A stretch of DNA of 64,000 bases from Eledone cirrhosa (GCA_964016885.1 OZ024741.1:171058001-171122000); one strand, 5' to 3'; counted from the first letter of the stretch, positions 25,330-38,071 are shown. Numbers and translations are program-made. The notes: a model not told the origin generated them from the sequence alone.

Positions 25330-25565
25330 AAATAGCTTAGAGTTTAGACTCAGAGAGGTCATTTACAATCATTTCAGCTCTAGGAATCGCTTCTGAGCAG
25401 TATAAATTAATATTTGATGAACATTTACATGTTATAGTTGCAATTGACTAATAAGATCGCTAGAGTGAAAAATCTTAATTCTTATGTTGTTGAATTAAGA
25501 TTTTTCACTCTAGCGATCTTATTAGTCAATTGCAACTATAACATGTAAATGTTCATCAAATATTA

Positions 25566-25570
<5 letters not shown>
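25330..25570 (-). repeat. Fold-back insertion: ~79-bp arms plus ~70-nt tail
   Basis: Arms 25402-25480 and 25492-25570 are perfectly complementary by eye. (TA)n lies on both sides. Confidence 0.92.
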
Positions 25571-25629
<59 letters not shown>

Positions 25630-25630
<1 letters not shown>

Positions 25631-25842
25631 ATTGTTGTAGGATGTTTAGAGCGTCCGTAAGTGGTAAGCCGTTTGAGCACTCGATGCTCTGTAAGAGCAG
25701 TGTATGATATCATATAAGAAACGGAGAATCAATGTTGCGACGAATAAAATTTATTAGACATATTACAATTGTATTACGATTGTAATGTGTCTAATAAATT
25801 TTATTCGTCGCAACATTGATTCTCCGTTTCTTATGTGATATA
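25630..25842 (-). repeat. Fold-back insertion: ~65-bp arms plus ~75-nt tail
   Basis: Arms at ~25706-25770 and 25775-25841. The minus-strand tail reads cactgctc-ttaca-gagcatcgagtgct. Confidence 0.9.
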
Positions 25843-26085
25843 TATAGGTAGATAGATATATCGTTTAAGGCAATCCAAGTAGAGGTTATAAGTAGTGTAC
25901 TCTGTGTCGAGGATAGTTCTAACGTTCGGCGTTGTTTGACTCAACAAGAAGTTTACTTAGTTGTGGTGTTCGGATGGTCGATTCCATATAGTTCCTAGGT
26001 AAGCCGTTCTTGGAGTATTAATAATAAATAAATAAACTTGGAATAAGCCCTACTGTACAACCGATCCACGTTGTCTTCACTACTT

Positions 26086-26133
<48 letters not shown>

Positions 26134-26429
26134 TAAGGCATAGATATACATATAATTACACGTATACATATAAACACACACACAAATTTATATATATATA
26201 CATATGTGTATGCATTTATGGTAAATAGACGTGCACACATGCCCCGTTTATAGTATGTTGACATGCTTAAAGTTTTTCATCATCTTTCAGGTTTCAACCC
26301 AATGGTTATGAGTCAATATATATTTACTGAAAGGCGGAATATCTGACACACCCTATATATATATATATATAAATTAATAAAATAATGAATAAACAAAGAA
26401 ACAGTTCCTTATATTAAACAAAATTCATC

Positions 26430-26561
26430 ATTTTACGATCGTTTCTAGGATATATATGTGTTAGAGTTGGTATGCATATTCTATAGATCTATGTACAATA
26501 TTTATACAAACTATCAGAGGGAATATACATACCTACACATATATATGCTGTCTTCAGAAAT
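26430..26561 (-). ncRNA. Hammerhead-like motif with extended stem II
   Basis: attt CTGAAGA..long hairpin..GAAAC GATC GTA aaat. Confidence 0.62.
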
Positions 26562-27510
26562 AATGATATTTGTTTATTGAAAAAACAAAGATTCAATACA
26601 ATAGGTCTGTTTGGGAACAGGTTTTGAATTGACCAATAGAGAGATAGTGAGGGTCCAGGTAGTAATATAGTAGTAGAAGAACCTTAAATTATGGGTAGAG
26701 GAAGGTAGATTTCAGTTTTGGATGGAAAAGAATTTTATGAATGAAGGATTATTTGACCTCAGAAATAATTTTATTTGTTCATTGAATAAAACCAACAAAG
26801 ATCTAATATATTCTGTATGTTTGGTAAGAGGTTTAGAATTAACCAATAGAAAGTTAATAATTGGCCAAATGGTAAAATAATAGTAATTGAAGCTTATTTT
26901 AGGGGTGAAAATAGGTCAGGAGGTCAGTAAAAGGTATACAAGCAGTTGCTGTTATAAAATAGTAATGCCAATACAAATATATTAGGTGACTAAAGTTTTA
27001 CGATAAGAATATTAGTGAAAAAAATACATCTATGAAAAGAATATAAATTAATTTAATTGATGGGTATATTTATATTGATAAAATTATACTAATACATATA
27101 GATATGATAAATACGAGTTAGATGCAGTTGAAAAGTGCTGTTAAAGATGAGGGGAAATTAAAAGAATATAAAAATAATATATATATACTTATATATATAT
27201 ATATATATACACATATATATACACATAGACACACACATATACACACATATATATACACATATGTATACACATATACATATATATATATATATATACATAT
27301 ACAAGCATATATACATACATACATATATATACACACATACACACTTACATATACATATAATTATTGGGGGGGGGGGTGGAATTAAATTTATTAGTGAGAA
27401 ATAATAAATATATATAGTTTTCAAGGAACATAGAGTCATAACCTGAAGTTAAAGCAAAATATAAGTTTACTTAATGGTATCAGTTTTAGGAAATGATAGT
27501 TGTAAGAAGG

Positions 27511-27740
27511 AAAGCAAAATTATGTGGTTCATCAGTAGTAGAATATTAATTATAGGTTAACTAAATTAAAAATAGTTTATATATTAATTTCTAAAGTGTA
27601 TATTAATTAGGTTTATAATATTTAAAGCAGAATTATGTAGTTCATCAGTAGTAGAATATTAATTATAGATTAACTAAATTAAAAATAGTTTATATATTAA
27701 TTTCTAAATTGTATGTTAATTAGGTTTATAATATTTAAAG
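27511..27740. repeat. 113-bp direct tandem duplication in the PLE 3' UTR
   Basis: aaagca.aattatgt.gttcatcagtagtag at 27511 and 27624. Confidence 0.85.
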
Positions 27741-27892
27741 GTTTTTCTCAGTTTATGATTACACGATATTATTAATTCCTGTCGCTTATTTAATAGGATA
27801 TCCTTAGATTTCATTATTTCAAAAAGTTCTTGCGAACATAATCTACATTCATATCTACTATTTTGATAAGGGGTGGCCCTTTTGAGCACACT

Positions 27893-28505
27893 CTAGGTCA
27901 GGTCATAATCTATATTCCTCTTTCTATAACTATTAATTATTTCAGCTAGAGATGTTGTATTAGCTAATTCAGCATTTTTAAAACTATGTTTGTGGGTATT
28001 AAATCTTACCTTAAATTTGTTAGAGGTAGCTCCTATATATGAATAAATTGAGTCCTTAGTGTTAACTTTACAATTATATACTATGTTATTAACAAGGCAA
28101 TTTCCTTTTAATGGACAGTTTGCCTTGTTTCTACAGTTACAACTTTTCGTGAATCCTGTATCTGAGGAGTTATTATGGTTAGTTTGATGTACTGGTGGCA
28201 TACTCATGGTTTTTTTAACATTTATATGCATTATAGGCACTTATATTTTGTTTTATGTTTTTGGTTGTTGAGTAGGAGAATTTAACCGTTGATCTATTTA
28301 AGATTTGATGGTATTTGTGGTTTGGCGGGAAGTTTTTCTCTAGGATATTAAAGAATTTTTTAGGTATATTATCCTTAATTTGTAAATTAAATGGAGCATT
28401 ATACCAAGTAACTCGTCTATTACGGTTTCGATGTTGTTTATTGTTTTTATAGGATACATCCTGATGTTTATTAAGAGAATTATTGTTAATGACCTCACCA
28501 CACAC
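27893..28505 (-). pseudogene. PLE linker plus GIY-YIG endonuclease (frameshifted)
   Basis: ORFs 28215-28505 and 27893-28240 carry CNC..CPL.G.C, IVY and YIG motifs. Confidence 0.85.
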
Positions 28506-28619
28506 ATTTTTAGTTAGATTTATTGATTTAGGTGTTTTAGCTTGTTTATTAGGAGTTTTATTATTAACATTTATTAGAGTTGTAGGATGAGTAGTTTTTT
28601 GAGAGTTACTATACTGTAT

Positions 28620-28764
28620 ATTATTAATTTATCTTGACTCTGTTTTCCGTTTATTTTTCACCGAAAGTAGTTTTTGAATGCATCTTTTCTTTTCATGATA
28701 TCCGAATTACATTGAGTTCTTCATACGGATTGGACACTACCGTAAACTTTTGGTAGATTTATCT
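28620..28764 (+). mobile_element. Inverted 3' tail of family Y PLE
   Basis: Homologous to 58905-59043, where the same sequence directly continues the pLTR. Confidence 0.8.
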
Positions 28765-28792
28765 ATATATATATATATATATTTATGCGTGA

Positions 28793-28838
<46 letters not shown>

Positions 28839-28863
28839 GTGTGTGTGTGTGTGTGTGCGTGTG

Positions 28864-28898
<35 letters not shown>

Positions 28899-28914
28899 GT
28901 GCGTGCGCGCGCGC

Positions 28915-28980
<66 letters not shown>

Positions 28981-30034
28981 GTGTGAGTGTGTGTGTACGT
29001 ATATTTACTTATAAAAGTCTGCGTTTATATACGTATACATATGTATTATCTAACGCACAAGCACGCAGAACCAACTACACAAACACAAACACTAAATCTC
29101 AGATGCATTTAACCGTTCCCTTTACACAGAATAACTTAGAATTTCGTAAGCAGAGTAAAATTGACGTTTAGATATATTCTGTGTAATGATGGAACTTATC
29201 TTTATTTGCATACGTGGAATGGGAATTCTGAACTCTGAGATAACCTTCACATTCAAATTAGAAATTCTTCATTGTTATATATATTTTCACAGCATGAATC
29301 AAGAATTAAAATAGCCAGTCAATCCATTCATTAATATACACTTACTTATATATGAATGTCCATTTAATCATATATGAATGTATGCACACATGCACACACA
29401 TGCACAAGCACGCACACACACACTGAAGCATACCCACTCCCATATATAGCTATACTTAGCTGAAGCCTCCTTCTGTCTCGCGTTCCTGGATAGGCATAAA
29501 GTTCAACTTCAAGCTTCAGTGCTGTACTCGGTCACTTCCTCTACGATGTTCCTGGTTATGGGATCATCTTCTCATATTACTCATTAGAAAATATGTTATC
29601 TCTCTAAGCCGGTAGTATACAAATAAATTACGATGCAAATTATTAAAATTAAGAGATGAATTATTTGTGACATGTGGAGAATATCTTTTAGAAACATTAC
29701 AACGAATAAGTACATTTATTCATTCCCAGAGCTATTCAAACTTCATTTATTGGCATTAAGGGACTATGCAATCGAGAACGTACGTGCTGCCTAAAAGAAC
29801 ATGTATACAGTACCACATGTATACAGTACCACAAGGTGCACCGTATATCCGAAGAGTTCAACATCCTAATGCAACCAAACAGTTCGTTCAATGTGAAATT
29901 TGATTCGTGTTATCAACTTTCAAGTTCCAGAAAGAATTGACTTTTCATAGATGCAAAGCTGTACCAATGACTCGACGGTCATGAGTTTACAGCTTAAACG
30001 TAAAACACTTGACCCCTCGGATCATTGGCAATGA

Positions 30035-31005
30035 GGATTTCTAGTATAGGCACAAGGCTAGTAATTTGGGGGAGGGGAAAGTCGTTTAAATCAACCCCAG
30101 TGTATTACTGGTGCTTTATTTTATTGACCTCATAAGGATGAAAGGCAAAGTTAATCCCACCGAGGTTAACTTTGCCTTTCATCCTTACGGGTTCGGTAAA
30201 ATAAAGTATCAGTCAGGCACTGGGGTCAATTTAATCGATTTCTCCTCCTCCAAAACTGCTGGTTTTGTGCCTATATAAGAAACCAATTCACGGCAATAAT
30301 GATAGTGATAATTGTTTCTACTTTAGACACAAGGCCAGCAATTACCCCAGTGCATTACTGGTGCTTTATTTTATCGACCCTGTAAGGATGAAAGGCAAAG
30401 TTAACCTCGGTGGGATTTGAACTCAGCGCATAAAGGTCCATAACTCTATGATGCAAATGAGGATATCTGACACTCTACCGATACTGCCAATAATAATGAT
30501 TTCTAGTGTAGGCATAAGGCCAGTAATTTTGGAGGAGGGAAAAGTCGATTAAATCGACCCCAGTACGTTACTGGTGCTTTATTCTATCGACCCCGTAAGA
30601 ATGAAAGGCAAAGTTAACCTCGGCAGGATTTGAACTCAGATCATAAAGGGCTGTATCTCTATGCTGCAAAGCATGGTGTCCGACTCTTTATCGATACTGC
30701 CAATAAGGGAAGGAGAAAATTTGATTAATTCAACCCCAGTGTGTGTCTGCTACTTATTTATCGACCCCATAATAATTGTTTCTACTTTAGGCACAAGGCC
30801 AGCAATTACCCAGTGCATTACTGGTACTTTATTTTATCAACCCCGTAAGGATGAAAGGCAAAGTCAACCTCGGCGGGATTTGAACTCAGATCGTAAAGGG
30901 ACGTAACTATACTGGAAAGCATGGCGTCCGACCCTCTACCGATACTGCCAATCCACCGCCCATAATCGACCCCATAATAATGAAAGACAAAACTAACCTC
31001 GGCGA
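30035..31005 (-). mobile_element. Cluster of ~6 family A SINE copies or fragments, including one inverted pair centred at ~30157
   Basis: Repeated gtaaggatgaaaggcaaagttaacctcggc.ggatttgaactcag. The segment 30161-30286 is in the + orientation. Confidence 0.87.
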
Positions 31006-31019
31006 GATAATAATAATAA

Positions 31020-31545
31020 AAGTTTCATGACAATGTTGCCCCAGTCTTGCGAGTGTATAAAAGTTTGAATTTCAACATGTGAAGAAATGTTAAACCACAA
31101 GTCAGTACTTGCTGGTATAAATGACCGCGTATAAGTATTACAGGACATGAAGATTCAAACGTCTAAGCAAATGATGAATTTACATCCAAGTAGTACTATA
31201 CTCACTAAAAGGTTAAGTATGTTGGCTAATCGATGTTGCTGGCACATTTAATACTAGAGTGACAGTCAAAAACCGCACAGAAATAAAAAAAAATACCAAA
31301 ATCTCCTAACAGAAATATAGAGTCCAGTATTGCCGCAAAGTTATAATTACAATTGCTTTAAGGACATTGGAGACAATAGTCAGATATTTGAATGGTTCAT
31401 TTAAGATATTGGTGTGGAGGGAAATTCCCTGATTCTGCATGACGTTTGTTTCCTTGGCACATGAAAAGCCATATGAAAGGTGGTAGATACTTAAAGCTGC
31501 AAGATACAGCTATGTATCTAGTGAATCAAATGCTGGCAAAGGAGC
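31020..31545 (+). mobile_element. Very decayed REL-domain retrotransposon 3' fragment
   Basis: HDNVA, D.KIQT.K, WLIDVA, KKYQNLL.EI and FLGT remnants spread across frames. Confidence 0.45.
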
Positions 31546-31572
31546 AACGAAATGGTGGCTAAAGAGAGGATG

Positions 31573-31687
<115 letters not shown>

Positions 31688-32592
31688 AGTACGTGTGTGT
31701 TTGTGTATGTGCGTGTGCGTGTGTGTTCTTGTGTGTGTATGTGTGCGTGCGGTGGCATAGAAATACTTGATTTGGAGACCGAGCGAGGTTTTAGCCAACC
31801 AGGATCGAGAGAACCCTGGTTCTTGTTAGGTCATCATCCAGATGTAAAACCTGTGACTCGGTTGCAGCCAATGATGTTGACCCGTTCTTCGTTTTGGCTA
31901 GATGTCATCGTTGTTCAGAGTGTGTGATTGATGCTGTACAAAGCTTCAAGCACAGATATCACTTGATCTAAACGACTTTAACGTGTGTTGTTGCGTGAGC
32001 AGAGTTTTTTCTTATTCCTTTCACTGCACCATATACAGAAAGGAAAATATGTATTGTCACTCGTGTATGAAGCAAAGGTCAAGGTAGAACTGTAGAAATA
32101 ATTTCTCTATAAATATTATAAAGTTGCCTATACTCTACCAATGTATTGAGTACTTCTTTTTAACTGTGTTTATCCCCGACACAACACAAGAATGTATATA
32201 TGTATGCATATATATAATATATAAACACACACATATATATATATATGACCATTATCTTTGGTTTGGCACAAAACTCTATGACAAATCATGTGACTGTGAA
32301 AACGGCTACAAAACACCCCAAATGCGAACTGGCGCGAAATGTAATGTACTTATTCACGTAACAATCATAACAAACCAAATTACATATTAAAAAAACAATT
32401 TGAGTCACTTTTGAAAGTAAAAATGAAAATAAAGAACCCTAAAACGTGAAATTATAAAGAAAAGAAAAACTACCATTTAGAGCCACTTTTTTCCACATAA
32501 AACAGAAGTAACATTCGAACACCAACCAGATGCGAGAAAAACCACAAACCCTTCATCTCAGTTCTACTTATAAAAAGCACAAGAACTGCGAA

Positions 32593-32865
32593 ACCGGTAA
32601 AAGAAACAAATAAATATTCTTAAAAGACTCCAGTTGCATCTTCGATTTCTTTTCCTTATACTTTCACTCGCGTTGGACATCACGTTTTTTTTTTCATTTA
32701 AAAAAAAACACATCATTTATATATATATATATATATAAATGATGGAGTTTTTTTTTTGAAATGAAAAAAAAACGAGATGTCCAACGCGAGTGAAAGTATA
32801 AGGAAAAGAAATCGAAGATGTAACTGGAGTCTTTTAAGAATATTTATTTGTTTCCTTTACCGGTT
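32593..32865. repeat. ~270-bp palindrome with a (TA)n axis at ~32728
   Basis: accggtaaa.gaaacaaataaatattcttaaaagactccagtt... is mirrored on the right with few mismatches. Confidence 0.92.
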
Positions 32866-32869
32866 ACTA

Positions 32870-32926
<57 letters not shown>

Positions 32927-32929
<3 letters not shown>

Positions 32930-35468
32930 TAGAAGGGATATTTAATTTGTTGGAAATACAACAAATATAAATGTTTATAACTGATTCAGAGCACTCGCCA
33001 GATTTCTGGAGTAAATATTCAATGATATTAAATAAATGGAAACTATATTTATAAAACCATATTTATTCAATTATATATATTTCAAGGGTACCAAAATGTT
33101 GATAAGCTATCATCAGATAAAATACAAAATGTTTTATAAATATTTGACATAACCAAGGATAATATATATTAACGTTTCAAGTTATCCCTAGAAAGTGAAG
33201 GGAAGAGAAAAAACAGATATTTCAAATTAATAATATGAGTATGCAAATGAGGTTTATGTAAAAGGGCTGAAAAAACGTTATTTTTGACGCTATGGAAAAT
33301 TTAAATAATTATGATAAGTTATTGTATGGGTAGGAAGGAAGAAAAAGAGAAAGGAATAACGTTAATTTATTGGGAAAAAGTTTGTTACCTGTATTATGAG
33401 TTATAATATTGTATATATAATTTATTAGATTATATGTAGAATTATGGTTGTAAGTATTTTTAACTTATTACATTAGGATAGGTTATATGTATATAAATAT
33501 CTATATATATATAAGTTGCATATGTATTGATTATTTATATATCAAATATGAGTTACGAAGGGTGTTGAAATTGTATTTTCAAGTTGTGAGATTAGAATAA
33601 TATATGGATTCAAAGATTTTGTTCAACATTGAGAATGTATTCAGAATATTGTTTATTTAACGAAGCTATATAGATCATCAAACAAAAATAAATCGTTAAA
33701 GAAGAAGGAAAATAGGAAGAAGGAAAAGGAAAAGCAAGACCACTTAAACGTTAATTTGGGGAAAATATACTCCGACATTTGTCTATATTATGTATATATT
33801 TATATGGAGAATTATTTATCTTATTATAATAATATATAAATATCTATATATATATATTAATAATAGCATATGTATTTTTATTAAAAGGATAGTTTGTTTA
33901 TAATATGAGTTACGAGGTATGTTGATTTTGTGTTTATAAATAAATATTTTAGAAGATCTGATAAAAAATCTTCTACTACCCTCTCACATGAAACTTAAAA
34001 AGCAAGAATATAGACTATTCAATATCTTGGAAAACGATTTCGAAAGCACCTGCGTACTGAAATACGGCTTTATCAAGATTCTGTAAATTGTGTATTTAAG
34101 AATTTTTTTATATAATTAATTGTAAAAACTCTATTAATCTCAGAACAGAGATATTTAGTTCTTGCAGATATCGCCAAAATTCTACAGTCAGAACGATATG
34201 TAACTTATAATATACTTATAATATTCCTAATAATCTCCAAAATGATCCTATCTGCTCTAACAATTTATATTTTTAATACTTTTAATATATTAATATCTCT
34301 AAATCATAATATCTCTAAAATTTCTCATAATATGTGTGTATGTGTATAGATATTTATATATATTTATGTACTTCTATATAATTCTAATTTTAATTTTAAT
34401 TTTAATTTTTATTTTCTTTATTTTTTTTTATTTTTATTTATTCCTTATTCTTCCAATGACAACCTCTAAAGCTAATTTTTAAATGTACATTTTAATTTAA
34501 AACATTATCAATTTTAACTACCTATTTATTTACATAAAATGCAAAATCAACATCCCTCGTAAATCATATTACGAACAACTACCTATTAATTTATTTATTT
34601 ATAAACACAAAATCAACATACCTCGTAACTCATATTATAAACAAACTATCCTTTTAATAAAAATACATATGTTATTATTAAAATATATATATAGATATTT
34701 ATATATTATTATAATAAGATAAATAATGTCCGAATATATTTTCCCCAAATTAACGTTTAAGTGGTCTTGCTTTTCCTTTTCCTTCTTCCTATTTTCCTTC
34801 TTCTTTAACGATTTTTTGTTTGATGATCTATATAGCTTCGTTAAATAAACAATATTCTGAAAACATTCTCAATGTTGAACAAAATCTTTGAATCCATAAA
34901 TTATTCTAATCTCACAACTTGAAAATACAATTTCAACACCCTTCGTAACTCATATTTGATATATAAATAATCAATACATATGCACCTTATTATATATATA
35001 GATATTTATATACATATAACCTATCCTAATGTAATAAGATAAAAATACTTACAACCATAATTCTACATATAATCTAATAGATTAAATATACAATATTATA
35101 ACTCATAATATAGGTAACAAACTTTTTCCCAATAAATTAACGTTATTCCTTTCTCTTTTTCTTCCTTCCTACCCATACAATAACTTATCATAATTATTTA
35201 AATTTTCCATAGCGTCTAAAATAACGTTTTTTCAGCCCTTTTACATAAACCTCATTTGCATACTCATATTAATAATTTGAAATATCTGTTTTTTCTCTTC
35301 CCTTCACTTTCCAGGGATAACTTGAATTTCCTTGATTATGTCAAATATTTATAAAACATTTTGTATTTTATCTGATGATAGCGTACCAAAATGTTGGTAC
35401 CCTTGAAATATATATAATTGAATAAATATTGTTTTATAAATATAGTTTCCATTTATTTAATATCATTA
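32927..35468. mobile_element. 2.5-kb AT-rich fold-back element (family W): ~0.9-kb inverted arms, hammerheads facing outward, tail on the left only
   Basis: Arms at 33021-33947 and 34591-35467. CTGATGA..GAAA at 35372-35408 (+) and ~33080-33116 (-). (TA)n on both flanks. Homologous to 61745-62062. Confidence 0.9.
35366..35425 (+). ncRNA. Hammerhead-like motif
   Basis: CTGATGA tagc gtaccaa-aatg-ttggtac cctt GAAAT ATAT ATA. Confidence 0.6.
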
Positions 35469-35473
35469 TATAT

Positions 35474-35553
<80 letters not shown>

Positions 35554-35558
<5 letters not shown>

Positions 35559-36200
35559 ACTAGAAATTGATTGACATAGATACATATATCTATAATAAAC
35601 ATATGAAACAATCACAGGGAATAATTTGTAAAAGTGTGTAAGCACACATAGCTATGTAGGTAACTAATTAAAGTTTAACTAGAACTTTAAAAATAGATAC
35701 CTTATAAATGGATTGATCTTCCTTGTATATATTTCATTAAAGAAAAATATTTCACCATCAATCTTTCGGTTAACCACAGTAGCCAAATTCCGGATTTGTA
35801 ATAAGGAAGAAGTCTTAACTATCTGTGTTTACACAGCAAATCCAAATCTGCGAATGGCTAGCAGCACGTGTTGCACTTATCAAAAATACAGACATTGTAC
35901 CAGCTTCAACCCAGTGGCGTGAATAAAGATATCAACAACTAGAAATAGCAGTCGAGTCCTTTCAACTGAGTTAGCTCAACAATTAAGGGGCCTTATATAT
36001 ATATTCAAAATTAAATTAAATTAATTTAAGAGTGTCATGTCAGAGAGACATGCACCATATCCACTATATCAATTTCTAGTTGATATAAAATGCTCGGATC
36101 TATTGATTGGAATCTTGGAGCATATTCTACAGTGGATATGGCGCATGTCTCTCTCTCTGACATGACACCGTTAAATTAATTTAATTTAATTTTTAATATA
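35554..36200. repeat. Compound fold-back: tail-less arm at 35554, tail at 36090-36200, inverted tail copy at 36001-36065
   Basis: tatcaactagaaattgat (35554) matches atcaatttctagttgata (36068). 36001-36065 pairs with 36130-36200. tgctc..gagca hairpin at 36091-36122. Confidence 0.8.
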
Positions 36201-36205
36201 TATAT

Positions 36206-36502
36206 ATGCACGCCTTCCGCTGCACCTCCTCCAACCTAGTCAATGGACTTCGCTGCACGAGGTATAGCGCAACCTACGTCGGACAGACTGGACGTCGCCT
36301 GGCATGCCGTTTTACCGAACACCTCCGGGATATTCGTCTCGGTGGTAGTTCCGCCATCGCCCACCACTTTGGCTCCCCTGGACATTCAGCGCACCACCTC
36401 ACAGTCTGTGGCCTACTCCAACGCCACGTTACACCCGCCACCCTCCTCAGGTCGAACAACGCACCATCTTCACCCTACAGACCCACACTCCCCGCGGCCT
36501 GA
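36206..36502 (+). CDS. GIY-YIG endonuclease fragment
   Basis: YVGQTGR.L..RF.EH motif. Confidence 0.78.
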   Translation: MHAFRCTSSNLVNGLRCTRYSATYVGQTGRRLACRFTEHLRDIRLGGSSAIAHHFGSPGHSAHHLTVCGLLQRHVTPATLLRSNNAPSSPYRPTLPAA

Positions 36503-37920
36503 ACTCCCCACCCCTATTCCTTTAGCCTTCGACCGCCCTGTCCCCCCTCCACACATATCCCCCACTAACACCACTAACACACTCCTCCTTTTCACCGCCC
36601 ACCCCACAACTAACAATACTAACACCCCCACCCCCGACCACCTCCCCCAACTAACAATACTAACATCCTTTCTTCCTCCCCCGTTACCCCCTATCACGCA
36701 CACACACACCGGTACATATATACACACATTCACACTAACCACGCACCCTACTACCACCACTAACCTTCACCCACACATCCACTCCCACCAAACCACAACT
36801 AATACCACTAACATCCCCCCGACCCCACGCACACGAACACACACACACCCACACTCACTTACACCACCCACTCTACACACCCTACTACCACTGACCCCCA
36901 CTAACACACCCACATTCAACCCTTTCCCCACCACAGTATACCAACGCACACTAACACCCCCTTCACCACACACACATTCAAACACGCACACACACCAGTA
37001 CACCACACTCCCTCCAGCGTCCCCCACACCTCTCTCCCTCTCCCCGCTCCACCCACACCCCTTCACACACACACACATCTCACTAACACCTCTACTAATA
37101 CACACACCTCCCTTCGCACGACCCCCTCCCCACTCCACCTTTCACACCTACCCATCCTCTCCCCCGTCCACCGCACCTCCGCACACACTGACACACAGAC
37201 TTTCTCCCCCTGCCATTCTCTCCTACTGCTGCTATGCCCTGACCCTCTGACCACTTCCTGTTTGCGCGCGCACCCCACATCTCCCCTCTTCCAACCAACC
37301 CAACCACGGATTACACACATTGGACCTCGCTCCCACGAATCAACTCCATCACAAGTAACATATCCGGCACCCCAACACACCCTCTACGGAACTACCTTAG
37401 GAACTTACCCACGGACATACACTCACAGAAATGTTTTTTCCCACACGCCACCTACATCCACAACACGTATAAAAACCACACACACGGGCGTACCCCCAGA
37501 TATTTACACACGCAGCCTCCGGAATCCTCTCCCACCTCCCCCACCTCTCTGACCCCTCCCCATCCACACACGCACACACACAGTGACCTACACCCCACAC
37601 ACACCTTTTCCTGAACATGGAACCCCGTTCTTCCCCCAACTCTCACATTCACATACACACACACACAAAACACCTTCCGCCTTCACCGCTCGGACACCCC
37701 GCATCCCTCTCCCCGCTCCACCACCCCCCTAAACGCCCCACACCCTTCCACCACTTGTTTATCTTCATGTTTATTTTTATTTTTATTATTATTTTTTCAT
37801 ATTTTTTTCATATTTATTTTCATTTGTACCACTTCCACCGTTTCCTCTCACCCCCTCTTTTCTAAATGTCCCTCCCCCACTCCCCTACACACCCTTGGAA
37901 CTCTCTTCCCACACACTTTT

Positions 37921-37949
37921 CGCCTGAAGAAGGGCTTATGCCCGAAACG
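37921..37949 (+). ncRNA. Hammerhead-like core (stem III/I disrupted by a poly-C run)
   Basis: CTGAAGA a GGGC ttat GCCC GAAAC. Confidence 0.55.
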
Positions 37950-38040
37950 CCCCCCCCCCCCACACACACTCTCAAGAGCCTGAAACTAATAAACCTTTGT
38001 TCGTACTGTCTCTCCGTTTTGTTCCCGTTCCATTTTTCAC

Positions 38041-38071
<31 letters not shown>

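Larger units (their letters stand above)
26369..28615 (-). mobile_element. 5'-truncated PLE (family Y): GIY-YIG, long AT-rich 3' UTR and hammerhead, lacking the 3' tail
   Basis: RRVTWYNAPF..FPPNHKYHQILNRSTVKFSYS, CNCRNKANCPLKGNCLVNNIVY..YIGAT..FKVRFNTHKHSF..TSLA. Hammerhead at 26430-26561. Confidence 0.88.
36206..38040 (+). mobile_element. 5'-truncated Neptune-like PLE: GIY-YIG, ~1.3-kb C/A-rich 3' UTR, hammerhead-like core
   Basis: FRCTSSNLV..RC..YVGQTGRRLACRFTEHLRDI..HF..PGH. CTGAAGA agggc-ttat-gccc GAAAC at 37924-37948. Flanked by (TA)n. Confidence 0.85.

Noticed and set aside
27511-27740. CTGATGA on the minus strand of each 113-bp repeat as tandem hammerheads
   Set aside because: No stem II followed by GAAA and no stem I/III could be found.
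36243-37250. 335-aa Pro/Thr/His-rich ORF as a mucin- or extensin-like gene
   Set aside because: It is a by-product of the C/A-rich PLE 3' UTR, where stop codons are rare.
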